Assembly (NCBI RefSeq): GCF_009914755.1
Contig: NC_060944.1
Direction: 5' to 3' (one strand)
DNA from: the human T2T-CHM13v2.0 reference genome, Homo sapiens
DNA: 64,000 bases
Part shown: in pieces, positions 14,096 to 27,270 of the stretch
Position numbering within the stretch: position 1 is the stretch's first letter
How the letters are laid out: every line of letters starts with the position of its first letter
The notes under the pieces: model-generated
The model's database searches: none
Seen by the model: the letters and a program-made list of their open reading frames with translations, nothing else
What the model was told of the DNA's origin: nothing
Made by a program: the position numbers and the translations under genes

Positions 14096-16259
14096 ATCAT
14101 TTGAACATTTCATATCCAGAATTACTTCTATTGTGTAAATTATTATGATTGGAAATTTGATGTTAAGTATCAAAATTTTAAACATCACTACACTGAAATT
14201 TTAAAATGAAGTGTCATCTTTTCAAAATGACCGTTTTATCTTACAAATATCATTTGCAAATAATTTCTCCCTTATTAACTTTTATTGTAGATAAAAGATA
14301 TATTTTATTGATGAATATTTTAAAAAGCATAAAGCCATTATATTTGAGGAACAATTTTTACATTCTTATTTCCTTTCTGAGGATGTAAGTGATGAATTCT
14401 TGATGAAATAGTATCAGTATTGCTTACATACAGTGGATATATTTTCATTACTGTATAAATAAATTACTACATAAATATTTGTTTGAAACCAAATACATCT
14501 TATGTGGGAATGAAGGCAGTTTGTTGTTCTTGGCTTCCCATCTCTGCCCAAAACCATTTCTTAATCTCTTAATTTCTAAATACAATAGTGTTTTTGAAGA
14601 AATATACAGGGAAGAGTGCTCAAAGAGTGAGTTGACTTGGAAGTGTTTATTTAGTCCTCAAAAACATGTGCAAAATATCAAGAAACTTTGTCATCTTCAA
14701 ATCTGGAATCATTTTAGAAGATCTGCTTTGAAAATTAAGCTTCTAACATTAAGAAACTGGCTTATCCAACTATCTTGTTTCAAGGAAAATAGAGGAGGCT
14801 AGTTGGCTGAAATGAAATCTGGTTCATTATTCACTAGCCTTAGGGATAATCACATTTAGGGGAAAGGCTATAATTAGCTCAACTTGCCTTTTACCTCATG
14901 TGTGGCAAAATCTAATTGTTTCTTCTTTCCTTTTCCTTTTTTTGGTAAAGTCTCCTAATATTGTTCTCAACTTATAAATTTCAGATTTCCAAAATATTAA
15001 TAAAAAATAGAGTTGTTTGCAATAATTAAACAATATATATTGACATGAACATAGATTCAAAAATTTGTATCTTTAAAATTTATACTTTGGTGCTGTTGAT
15101 TGAACTTCTCATTATACTCAGTTATTTATTGTACTATGGCTCTTTGTTCAACTGTGAGTAATTAAAAATATAATCTTACAAAGATCTCCAACATAAACAA
15201 ATCTGTGCTTCTCTACCTTTGTTTGCCTTCTTACAGCCTCCAGAAAGGACTGGGTTTGGAAGTTTATTTTAATTAGAGTTTAAGAGTAATGAACATTAAT
15301 TACAGTCAAACATATGGACATTCCCAGAAGCATTTCTACAAGCACTATGTTCATTGGCAGACTCACGCAAACTTCATGATCATATTAAAAATTCTTCCTG
15401 CTTAAGACCATTTTGCTTAGGCATGTGCAAGTTTCCCTCGTATTTTTTCTGATATTTGTGGTTTAAAATGTAAAACAAAAGTTTTATCTTCTTTCCTTTT
15501 ATATATTTTTATATTTGCAGTAACCATTTTTCCAGAAGTATTTATCTATCTTTCAGGTTTTTTAATTGACCTTCATTATGAACATTCTAATATTTCTGCT
15601 ATTATTTCAGGAGAGTTGAATAACTAGGAATTGTAGTTCCTACAGTCTATGATTTTTAAAAATAGAGATGGTAATATAGAATATAATTTTATTCTCGTAA
15701 TATGATTTTTTATGCCCCGTGCATAAGTATATCTTGTTTATATTTTGCATTCCTAATCCTTCATATTGATTTAGCCAACATTTCTCTTAGGAAACTAAGT
15801 ATATTAATTGATTTACATGTTAATTAAGTAATTTTCACTAGGTGTACTTACTGTGAAAATGTAAAATTTATTTGCTGTGAAGCTTTCCCAATAGCCTAAG
15901 TGTATACAAGAAATGTAGTAGGGAGCAGTTTGAGAATTTGGAAAGCCTTTAATGGAGGCTGTCAGACTTCCTTTTGCCCTGCAATTTCACATTATATGTG
16001 TTCTCCATGGTGCTATGACATATGCCACAAATCTTGGGCTAGATTCGAAGATGAAGAATTATATCATGTAAATCATCAGTTTGATAGAAGAGTTATACTC
16101 GAAGCACATCTTAATTATCTTTATATTATAATTATATGAATAAGATAAGATTTGGATATTGGCTATATTTACATAGATATAAATGGGGATACTATATTGT
16201 TTTATACATTTTGGTGAGAAGAATATGTATTTCTGTTAAAGTTACCAAAAGGTGTCTGG

Positions 16260-17290
16260 GTATGTCAGGGTGAGGCATTAACCATCTAGCAGGGATACAG
16301 GTACACCCAAGTAGTTATAAATGTATATATTAAGTATATAAGTATGTATTAAGTACAGTAATAAAAATATTTTTAAAAAACTGTAGAAGGTGGAGGAAAG
16401 GATGTAGGGGGCAAAGCCTGGGATGCAAAGGCTTCCAGGAGAGAGGGCACTTCTGTTGTGCCCTATTAAAATGCATGGTAAGTACTGTTAAAGCGTTGAG
16501 GACAGGAGTGATGAGGAAGTGGGGAGTTAGCTTTTGGTGGGAGATAGGAGAATGATTATCAGAAGATGGTGCATGATTGGGACTTTGGAGGATGGGTAGA
16601 ATTCTGAAAGACATCAGTGGAGTAAAGGATATCCGGGTAGTCAAGTAGCAGGAGCAAAGCCAAAAATGTGAGAACATGCTGAACATTTCTGTAATACTCC
16701 TGTTTGGCTGTGAAGTATGTAAGAGGGAGATAATGCTGGAAAAATAGGTAGAGACTGGATTGAGGGGAGCCTAAAATGTTAAACTGAGCTGCTGGACTCC
16801 CATTTGTAGGAAGTTTTTCAGCAGCAGTGCATAGGATGGCTTAGAAGGTAGAGAGATTGGAAGCACAGCCATGTGCTGTGTGTCAGGAGGCAGTAATTGG
16901 ATTCTAACAGTGAGGGGCAGATTTAATAAAGCCCTGAATAGGGCAGACAGTGACAGAAGTAATGGGAAGGTGGGAACAGATGCAAGAGGCATTGTGGATG
17001 AGGAATTGACAAGACTTGGCAATGCCTCACATAGGGAGGCGGACAGGGGAGGATTTCAGGATGAGCTGAGGTTTTGAGCCCATGCGATGTGGAGGAGGGT
17101 GGCACTGGCAACTGAGATAGCTATCACTGAGTAGGAACAGGACTGTGAATTGAATTAAGGTGGTGAAAGGACATAGAGGTTGACATTTTCAGCAGTCACT
17201 AGGAATTAAGAGGCTAGAGTATAGGAGAACTCAGCTACTGAGTCCACCACACTGCTGGATAGTGCTGCCATGATAGGAAATTAATATTTT
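16260..17290 (-). mobile_element. L2 LINE fragment
   Basis: Purine-rich antisense L2 body (GAGGAATTGACAAGACTTGGCAATG, GGATTTCAGGATGAGCTGAGGTTTTGAGCC); boundaries approximate. Confidence 0.65.
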
Positions 17291-17525
17291 CAGGAACAAA
17301 TGATTAAAGTTTTGAAAATGTGGCAAGGCCGTCATCATCAATGCAATGCACACAAAAAAACTGGATGTGACTAATCGGATGTCAGTCAAATCACTTAATC
17401 TTTCAACAGCTTAATTTTCTTAGCTATAAAATAGGAAAAACAGAACCAGTTTTGTATCCATCTCCTAAATTCCAGGATTATATTAAAGCTATTGCTTTGG
17501 TAAAAAGTATGTAATATGCAGCTAC

Positions 17526-17564
<39 letters not shown>

Positions 17565-17593
17565 AATATATATACTATATATACACATATATA
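17526..17593. repeat. (TA)n(CA)n compound microsatellite
   Basis: Direct inspection. Confidence 0.9.
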
Positions 17594-17707
17594 TTAGTTT
17601 ATTATATTGAGAGAACTCCAGAAAGAAAAAAAATACAGTTAATGTTTTACTTTCTTTAATTGTACATTGTAAGATATTGCAGATACAAAAATTTTTAAAA
17701 AGAATTA

Positions 17708-17927
17708 ATTTTTATTGGGCTCTTACTCTGTGATAGGCACAATTCTATGTACTGTTCAAATGTTAATTTAGTCTTTTAATTAACACCAAGACATTGTATT
17801 ATTTTCATTTTACAGGTGAGGAAACCAAGGCTCAGAGAAATTAAATGACATTTATAAAGCTAGGATTTGAACGCAGGCACACAGACTCCAGAGCCAAGGC
17901 ACCTAAACGTTAGTTCATGTTGCCTCA
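17708..17927 (-). mobile_element. MIR SINE
   Basis: CATTTTACAGGTGAGGAAACCAAGGCTCAGAGAAATTAAATGAC...GGATTTGAACGCAGGCACACAGACTCCAGAGCC. Confidence 0.85.
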
Positions 17928-18124
17928 CACTGAGTAAACATCTGCTCCTGAGCAGGCTTTATTTTGTCATTGCATTTGTATTAGTGTGGCCTTCCCTGGT
18001 ACTCTCTTATTTCTAAAACTCTTGCAGCCCAGGTATACTGTCTTTGCTTTAATGCACATTGCATTTCTTTGCTCTGAAGGTAAATTGGTTGAGGGCTTGT
18101 CTCATGTATTATATAGAAAATTCC

Positions 18125-18330
18125 ATGGCATAGAGAGAGAGCACAGGCTTTGCATTTAGTCCAAATGCTTGCTTTAAATGGAAGCCTCTGTCTTGTTGAC
18201 TATGAGACCTTGGGGAAGTGTCTTACCACCCTGAATCCCGGTTCTCATCTGTAAACACTGAGTTATAGAGAGTTAAATCACATAATATATATATATAAAG
18301 CCTACAGCATCTGGCTCCTAAAAGTCAAGC
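18125..18330 (+). mobile_element. MIR SINE
   Basis: TATGAGACCTTGGGGAAGTGTCTTACCACCCTGAATCCCGGTTCTCATCTGTAAA. Confidence 0.7.
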
Positions 18331-18332
18331 AC

Positions 18333-18922
18333 CAGGGCTGACTTATCCCTTCAGCACAGTAGGCACAGTGTTGAGCAGTGGTCCCCAACCTTCTGGCACC
18401 CGGGACCGGTTTTGTGGAAGACAATTTTTTCCATGGTGTTTGGGAGTGGGAGATGTTTTCTGGATGATCATCAGGCATTAGATTCTCATAAGGAGCATGC
18501 AACCTAGATCCCTCACATGTGCAGTTCACAATAGGGTTAGTGCTCCTATGAAAATCTAATGCCACCGGGGATATGACAGGAGGCGGTGCTCAGGTGGTAA
18601 GGCTTACTGGCCATTCACCTTCTGCTGTGGGGCTGGGTTCCTAACCAGGGTACTGGGGTTGGGGACCCCTGGTATAGATAAGCCACAATACTTTTAGGAA
18701 CCCAAAAAATGTTTTAGTCCAAAACAGTATTTTTTTTTTAATATCAGAAGGGAAAAAACAAACTTTCAGGTTAAATAAATTGTTGAATATATGATACTAT
18801 TATATTCATGTTCATGCCAATACAATTGTAAAATATAATTTTCTTATTTCTTTTTTAATGGAGGAAGGGGCCCACAGTGGCAAAAAGTACCTCAGGGCCG
18901 TGAAAGTCATAACTTAGCACTG
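18333..18922 (-). mobile_element. hAT-Tip100-type MITE (MER53/Arthur-like), split by MER1B
   Basis: Termini CAGGGCTGACTTATCC... and ...GGAGGAAGGGGCCCACAGTGGCAAAAAGTACCTCAGGGCCGTGAAAGTCATAACTTAGCACTG. Confidence 0.65.
18376..18671 (-). mobile_element. MER1B hAT-Charlie MITE
   Basis: TIRs CAGTGGTCCCCAACC ... GGTTGGGGACCCCTG; internal GGCATTAGATTCTCATAAGGAGC. Confidence 0.92.
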
Positions 18923-19230
18923 GAAATCACTCCTTACTTAGGTTCTTTAAACCTCTTCTGGTGTCTAGGTCATAATGTTTTCTTCATGCATTTTGTTGAT
19001 TCATTAGCCAACTAATTTCTAGCTTATGTCAATTAAAATAAAACTGACCTTTGTTCCCTCATACAATAAGATTTTTCTAACACCCCCTTCCTAAATAGTT
19101 AATTTCCTTTTCTGGGTTACTTCTGTACCATATGATTAAGCATCTCGCACCATATATAAACTATTTATTTGCACGTCTATTTCTCCTCCTTGACGCTCAA
19201 AGCTTCTTGAGAACATGGATCATGTCGTAG

Positions 19231-19680
19231 TGATGCAGGACTTCTGCTCCTTACTTCAGCTAAATCTGATTTCCTGTCTCACGACCAGGAAAAATTAGGC
19301 ATGTGGACACATTGAAGGGTGAGGAGGGCAGAATTTATTGAGTGAAAGGAAAGCTCTCAGCAAAGAGAGGGGTTCTGTAAAGCAGGTCTGCCCCTCACAA
19401 TGAAGTACCAGCACATGAACCGAAGAGGCCAGGCTCCTCCCTTGCATGAGGCACAAATTCCTGGTGGCTGCACCCTATCCTGAGGTACTGTTTGCACATG
19501 CAGGCCCTTAGTCTGAGCCACATTGATTTATTTCCCTTACTGCGCATGTGTTAAGGGATGGACTTTTTCACCGTGGGCATGTTTAGTCAAACCCTCTGTG
19601 CACAATGACCCGGTGGGTCGGAACCTCTGGGGACTCTTCCCTATCTGCCTAGGTATTTGGCCGTCTCCTTGCCTCTATCA
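19231..19680 (-). mobile_element. ERV1 solo LTR (MER61C/D/E-like)
   Basis: TG...CA termini, perfect 4-bp TSD GTAG (19227-19230 and 19681-19684); inserted in an L2 3' end; homologous to the 12365-12714 LTR. Confidence 0.88.
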
Positions 19681-20839
19681 GTAGCCACTGCTATGTCCTC
19701 AGTAACTGGCAGAATACATGACATTTAGAAAGTCAGTCATGAAAGTTAGGTGAATTAAATTGATTCTGTTTGGAACACTGACATTTTATTGCCAGCCATA
19801 GGCTAATTCGTGTTTGTAAATGTGCTCTGTAACTAAGATTTCACCTAAAACTTTATGTATCTGAAGTGAAAAGTTGTCATCTATCCTGCAATATTATCTC
19901 CTCTTTATAAGTTTTCTATACTGTTCAGCATTCTTCCCTACCAGCCCAATTATTTCTTAAAAATTGAAAAGTTAAATAAATTAGTTTGTCAAGACATCTT
20001 CCCCTTCTTGCTGAATTAATTTAATTAACAAAGGGCCTGTCAAAATAGCCAAGGCCTTTGATGTCTGCATGTATGGATTCCAGTATTATAAATGATTCTG
20101 TGTCCCTCTGACCTAATGGGAATACAGTGTAAGGGTAAGAAATGAGCCTTAATTCCTCAGTACCAAAGAGAGACCAGCATTACCCAATTACATCTAGGAG
20201 ACAACAAATATCACCACTAGGATTTAAGTATCTAGCTTTATGGATGGAGCAGAACACATAATAAATTATTAGGAAATTGGTTGCTGATTAGTTTGCACCA
20301 TATAGTTGGTTTTTTTAAGAGACTGTAAAGTGTTACTTTGTTTTTCATTTATTTTTATCTCTCCCATTCTCTGATTTATAACTTTCTCAGGCTTGAAGAG
20401 TTTTTACATCTTAATAGCTTGTTATATACAGAAAAGTGAAGCACTAGAGTAGGGAGGAACTGTGTGCAGTTTGGACAATTGTGGATGATGGTACCAATTA
20501 CATCACAGAAGTTGGAGGAAAGAGTAATTTTTGTTCTTACTCAAGTCTGGTAGTGCACAATAGCCTGTAACAGGGCTGGCTACTGGTAGAGATTATTTTT
20601 CATTCTTAATATCTCTGAAAAAAAGAAGTGGCTGGATTTAGCAGAGGAAAATCAGTGTATGCTCATGTATAGAGATTGAAAGTTCACAATTTTGGCATGG
20701 TCTAATACTTGGAATTTCATTTTTATTAAATAGGTTCTTCTAAAGTTGTTCAAATTCTTAATTATAAAGGAAGGATGGTTGGTAAGAAAAATGGGTAATG
20801 ATTAACTTGATGTGAAGTTTTAGGGGATGATTTTCTCAC

Positions 20840-21080
20840 TTTAGTAATAACAATGACAGTACCTATTATAGACATGACATTTTTCAATGTTTTCACAGGC
20901 ATTATTTCTTTTGATGCTCTAACAGGAGAGTTTTATTGTCATCAATATTTCACAGATGAGGAAATTGAGCTACATGGACTTTAAGTGATTTAGACAAGAT
21001 CTTATACTTAGTCTGGCAGTATTAGGACCAATCTGGGTATTATTCTTATTTAAAATCTCATATTATTCATGCCTTCCTTG
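20840..21080 (-). mobile_element. MIR SINE
   Basis: TTTCACAGATGAGGAAATTGAGCTACATGGACTTTAAGTGATTTAGACAAGATC. Confidence 0.75.
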
Positions 21081-21559
21081 CTTCTAAGCTCTTTAGTTCA
21101 GTAAGATCTAATCACAGGCCGGCCTCCTGCTACAATTGGAAGGCAATTCAAAACAAGCTTTCTCTGACCCTTTCCAATCTCGCTTCCCTCAGATTCCTCA
21201 TTCACCTTCATTGGCCACTTGGACCTTAATCGATGCTTTTGCTCCCTCTGACTTGGGTGTTACATGTGGTCTGTCCCTTATTTGGGTTTGGTCTGAAAAC
21301 ATATTTGTCTTATTTTGTCGAATTAACTACTCAATTATATACCAGAACAGCAGGAAGTTTAGTTTCTCTTTCCTAAGGTTTTTCCTCTTCTCCTTAATTA
21401 TTCAAGAATCCTGAAGTTTGCTAAATCCAAAGGAACCATTCTGCCTTCTAACTGCCAAGCAGAGAGCAAATTTCACTTGAGCCATTGGCTCCTACTATTG
21501 CTTCCAACTGTCACACAGTGTTGCTATGGTATATTTATCTTGCACACTACCATAGCTAA

Positions 21560-21900
21560 TATTTATTCACTATTGATTTTTTTGCTCTTGTGGGTATAGG
21601 TCCCTTATTATCTTACAGGCATACTCCACATTGAGTGCCATGATTACAAGTCTTTCAATTCACATTTCCAGGTCCAATCATTATTTCCCAAACTAGGATA
21701 GCATTGTGGCAGGTGGCTGCGTTTAGAAGGGCTTTCTGCATAAGCCTCAGGCTGGAATCATCTCTCATCCTCAAAAACATCCGTGTGTCTAAACCCAAGA
21801 TTCCAGTTGGTATTCTCCCTTTCCTTAAGGCATTTTATTTCAGTATTTTATTGCTCTTTCCTCCAACAGGGATTTGGAAGAGGTCATCTTTATCCATCTT
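21560..21900 (+). mobile_element. L2 LINE fragment (very old)
   Basis: TCAATTCACATTTCCAGGTCCAATC...CATCCTCAAAAACATCCGTGTGTCTAAACCCAAG resembles the L2 ORF2 3' region. Confidence 0.4.
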
Positions 21901-22336
21901 GATAGGTCTCCCAAAGTTTAAATTTTAGGGAGCAAGACCAGAGTCCTTCTTCCGGGAGGATCAGGGAACTCAGCAAATGGCATCTTTGGTTGTCTTCCAA
22001 ATTCTTTTTCTCGCTTCTTCAAGGAAGAAGATCCCCTCATACTTCATATTCACATGACTAAGAAGATACCTTCAAGGGGCCAGGAAAATAAATGTCTTTA
22101 TGTATGGAAAGGCTGGTGCAATTTTAAAATAAATTCCCATTGGGCATTCTACTTAATCTCTTTGAACATGCCTACATCACACTTATGTTTGCATAATGCT
22201 CTATACAGTTTGCACTTGTATATTTGACTCTTACAAAATGCAGTGAAGTAGCTATAACACTTTAATCTCTTCAATTCTAGGTAGAAAGATTAAAACCTAT
22301 GAAGTTAGACTTGTTCCAGATAGCTAGTAAAGGGAT

Positions 22337-22766
22337 ATATTAGTTTCCTGGTGCTGTTGTAACAAAGTACCACAAACTAGGTGGCATCAACGACAGAAAT
22401 GTATTGTTTCACCGCTTTGGAGGAGTCTGAAACCAAGGTGTTGGCAGGTTTGGTTCCTTCTGAGAACTGTGAGGGAGAATCTGTTCCATGCTGGTCCCCT
22501 TGCTCCTGGTAGCCTGAGGAGTTCCTTTGGCTCGTAGATGGTGTTCTCCCTATACTGTAACATAGTCTTCCCTCTATACCTGCTCAGGTGTCCAAATGTC
22601 CCCTTTTTATAAGGACATCAGTCATATTGGATTAGGACCCATTCTAATGACCTCATTTTAACATGATCATTGGCAAAGACATTATTTCCGAATAAGGTCC
22701 CACTCGTAGGTGCTGATGGTTAGGACTTCAGTGTCTTTTATGGGCAACAAAGTTCAACCCACACTA
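22337..22766 (-). mobile_element. MaLR solo LTR (MLT1B/C-like), inserted in a MIR
   Basis: TATTAGTTTCCTGGTGCTGTTGTAACAAAGTACCACAAACTAGGTGGC...TTATAAGGACATCAGTCATATTGGATTAGGACCCA. Confidence 0.88.
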
Positions 22767-23384
22767 TAAGTTAGGTTTTCTAACCCTAACTGTCACAGGA
22801 TTTTCACTATATACTGGAGTCTCTTGTAATCTAAAATTTTTTCAATCACTGTTAAAGCATTTGTTAGGAATACACTTAATTGTTATTGATTTAATGGCTC
22901 CTGATTCTTTTACAGGATTTTTTTGTTGTTTTTAAAATTTCTTTTTAAAGAATTCTCAACTGAATCTTGACTTATTGTTTTATGATAATCAATTTTCTAA
23001 GAGTTACTTCTCAAAATCCTTGAGATACATTAAAAAAAATGGTTAGGCTTTTAAAGAAAAGCCAATAGAGATGTAACACCTGTTAGGAAATGCAGATTAT
23101 AATTGTAATGTAAATGTAATTATACGTGTAAAATTTTTTGTGTCTAGTAATATTACCCAGGGATAATAGAATGAAAAATTTATTCACTGTTGCTTGGTTG
23201 CTCTTGTGTATATAAATCCCCTTTCAGCTCACAGGGATACCCTATGTGTAAAGAATTTTAAAGTTGTAAAATAGAATGGGCGCTTGTTACTATTTATAAG
23301 CATGGCATGGAATAATACTGAGATGTTTCCTACATTTGAAAAAAATGAATTTAACTGTCATTATCTTTTCTATATCCATTTAAT

Positions 23385-23640
23385 ATTCATTAGTACAGTA
23401 GTTTGAAAAGTGGGCTTTAGAGTAAGAAAAACAAATGTGGCTGCATTTCAACTGTGCTGTTATTGTATGAGTGACCTTTAGCAAGTAGTTTAACTTCCAA
23501 GTTTTAGGGTTTTTTAATGTCTAAAATTGAGATAAGAAGACCATTTTCCTCATAGGATTTTTGGGAATATTGTCTAAGAAATATATGCAGCATGCCTATA
23601 ACAATTCCAGGTACTTTGTGAGCAGATGATATACATCAAC
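23385..23640 (+). mobile_element. MIR SINE
   Basis: GAGTGACCTTTAGCAAGTAGTTTAACTTC...CCTCATAGGATTTTTGGGAATATT. Confidence 0.7.
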
Positions 23641-25141
23641 AATATTGTCACCACCAGTTAAATTAATTAGTTCCATTGAAATTGTGATTACTATTTTACC
23701 CTATTAAATTAAAACCCTGAGCCTGAAAAGCAGGAGTTGCTGGGATTCTGTGCTTACAGCAATATTAGAAACATAGTTGGCAATAAATTATTATTGTTTT
23801 ATGTCAGAGATTGGAACTATGAGTCTTATGGGCCTACTGTTTTCAATACGTTTTTCTGTACCAATAATAACTTTAATTGTTAGAACCTATCCAGAAACTC
23901 CTAAGATTAAAATTTTTTTGTGTGTGTGATTTGGCTATTGATTTTTGCTTTTCTTTTTTAGCACCAGATATCCTTTCTTGTTTGTCCCAAGGCTTTTCAT
24001 TATTTGTTAGAGTGACTTCATTTCATGGTATTATCTACTTTTATTTTCAAGTGCCAATTTATTAACTTAAAAATGCATAAAAATAAACTTTTGTTGTGTA
24101 AGTAACACATTTGCATGTGGGAAGAAATGGATGAGTGCACACACACACAATTCAAGGCACCCATAGTCCTACAATGCACACAAACACATGTGATTCAAGG
24201 CACAGATAGTCTTACACCTCACATAGCATCAGTGTTTGCATTTTGAGATACCATATCTTAATGTCATCTTTTGACTTTTACGCCATGTTTTGGTAAACTG
24301 AATTTCGTCTGGATTGAAACTCTCTTCTGCATAGCTAACCCCTTTGGTTTCAACAATGTGCAGAGAAGAGAACTCAGCAGCAAGCAGAGTCAATAGGGGT
24401 TCTAACATCTCTCTTCCAGCCCTGGGTTCCTTTCATGTAAAGGTGGCATCCAATAGGACTGCTGAAGTAGCATGAATTCACAAATGGAAATTGATTTCTA
24501 TCAATTCTATATGAGCTAGATTATCTTCATAAAATCCAAACAGTCTGATTCTAAAACACAATTGGCCCTAAAGATGTTGAATGAGAGTTGGGAACTTGTA
24601 TTAGCATAGGGAGGTAGCCAAGGAACAGTGTTATAAGGAGAAGAGCCCCAGAAAGGCAGTTACGTCTCAACTGCACTGTGATTTTATGAACTCTAATTCT
24701 GTTCTGGACTCACACTGCTCAATAACGAGGATGCAAAGCACCTGCAGCCTCCTCCTCTTTATTCTGTCCATTTCTCACCATGTCTTGCAGACCAAGGCAT
24801 GTTTCCTGAATTCCTAGACTTAATGCTTTCTGTTCCATTAACGATACTTAATACATTGCCTTCTTCAAATAAAACAGATTTCCTTTGTTATAACGCTACA
24901 TGACGGTCAGGCTAGAATGATCCTTTGCTGGAGCCACTTTATGAATCATACCTGTTTGTGAGATTGTAACACAATAAATTCCATGCCATCGTTTTGTCTC
25001 TGAATTGAGAAGAATCCCAAGAAGGGCAAATGTCACACTTAAATGCTATGGAAAGAGAAGAAAAGGAAGGACTGGAGAAGAAAACAAAATAAAGGAGGAG
25101 ATTCATTTTTCCATAGTGGATAGCTACTTGAATTATTTTTA

Positions 25142-25477
<336 letters not shown>

Positions 25478-25736
25478 GTTAACAGGAAAACATTTAGTAA
25501 TTGTGTATTCTGTTTCCCCCTACAACTACTGTGAGTAATCTGCACTTTTATTTCTCTTTTGACCCATAAGTTTTACATTAATCCTATTTTGCTATTTACT
25601 GAATAAAGGGAATTGAGAAAAAGGCATTTCTCATTCCAAGTTAGCCCTACAATGCCAAGTGTAAAAACTCAGGCCTAAGTGAAGTTTGAGGTCAGGATAA
25701 GTCAGGCTAACAGATCTTTCTGGATTTTACTTTGCA

Positions 25737-26630
25737 TCTCATTCATTCATTCATTTATTCATTTAACTGATACTTATTGATTACTGAGGATGTGCCAGGA
25801 CTGTACTGGGTGCTGCAATAGTAGTGGATGAAACAGTAAGGTCCCTATTCTCATGGAGTTTGACTAGTGGGAGGATGAGGGGAGAGCGACAAGTGTCAGT
25901 ATACAGTAAATCAGTGAACGAGTATTTGGATTATATAACTTTAAACAGTGAATGGGGCTGTAGGAAAAATTGAATGGGTAATTGGGTAGAGGGACTGGAG
26001 GATAGGTAGGTACCGTTTTAGATAGAATGATCAGGGAAAATTTCTCTAAGGAGGTAGGATTAGAGCTGAGAAAGAGACAGATCTAAGGGATGTATTCCAA
26101 AAACAGGGATAGAAAATACTACTACCCTCAGATAAGAATAAGTTAATTCTGTCCAATGGCAGTGAGGGGACCAGTGTGTAAGGTACAGAGAATTGAAGGA
26201 CAGGGGAACTTGGTGAGGTTTGGGGGTTTGGTGGGGTCTATGTGCCACAGAAAGCTGATTTTGTTTTTGTCACAATGGGAAGCCATTAGAGGCTTTGAAG
26301 CACATGAATCAACATATTCTTATTTATAAAGGCCATTCTGGGAAAAACAGTGAAAGAAGGAAAATAAATTAAGAGACTTTCCAAGAAGTGAGAGACATTG
26401 GTGGTTTGAGTTGTAACATTAGAAACAGAGAGAAGTTAGAGGATTCAAAATACAAAATTGAGCTGCTAGTAGTTGCTGTTGTATTGATGTTGGGATGAGG
26501 AAAGAGATGAATCCAGGATAGTTTCCGGTTTTGGGATCTGAACAAATGGGAAGGTTATGCTGCCACTTACTGAGGAGGGGAAGACTTATTAGCAGACTAG
26601 CCAGTTTGATGTGTGTTTGGGGGTACTGTG
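25737..26630 (-). mobile_element. L2 LINE 3' end
   Basis: (CATT)n terminus then TACTTATTGATTACTGAGGATGTGCCAGGACTGTACTGGGTGCTG. Confidence 0.85.
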
Positions 26631-26699
26631 GGGAAGTACTTAAAGGTCACTTCTTTCCCCTTTTGTGTCCTTAGTGCTTTGTGGTGACTCAGGAAGTTA

Positions 26700-27270
26700 G
26701 AGTGTGTACTTTTTTCAGGTGATCTTTCATGAGCTGCCTACTCTGAACTTCATTGGCTTTGATTTCCATTGCAACCTAATTTTTGAAATACCAAATAGGA
26801 GTATCATTCTTCTCCCTGCAAAAATACTTATGTGTATGAAGATTACACAAATGGCCAGTTCTCAGTAAATCATGTGTTCAAAGTTGTGGTTCCATATAGT
26901 GATGGGTTTATGTGGAAACAGACATCCTCATCTTGCTTCATCTGCTGTGTAATCATTAACTCATGAAGATAACAGGACTGTCTGGGGTCATGGGCTATGG
27001 GACAGAATGAAGCTCCATTTTCTACAATGGAGAGAAAATCCCAAGAATCAGTATTTTCATACACGAAATTAACCAGCAAAAATCTTCAAGAACTTAATCC
27101 CTTTCCAGTGAATGAGTAATAAATTTTTTGTTCTTCTTTTTTCGTATTTTGTAGTCAAAAGCTCATGTATACCGCAGGGTTTTACAACACTTTCTGTCTT
27201 TAAATTTAAAGCAGCAATAAGCAGACATGTTCTGTAACCAGATCCAAATGTTCTGGTCCCTGCTTTAAGT
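26700..27270 (-). mobile_element. Ancient RTE-clade LINE (L4/MamRTE-like) reverse transcriptase fossil
   Basis: Minus-strand translation across frameshifts gives motifs in RTE order and spacing: LDLVTEHVCLL (~YADDVCLL), KRRTK, KY*FLG (~FKYLG), SLYGTTTL (~LLYGxETW), KIRLQW..ANEVQSR. Confidence 0.55.

Noticed and set aside
15900-16139. 79-aa ORF in unique sequence
   Set aside because: Non-ATG start, no recognisable domain and no convincing splice boundaries
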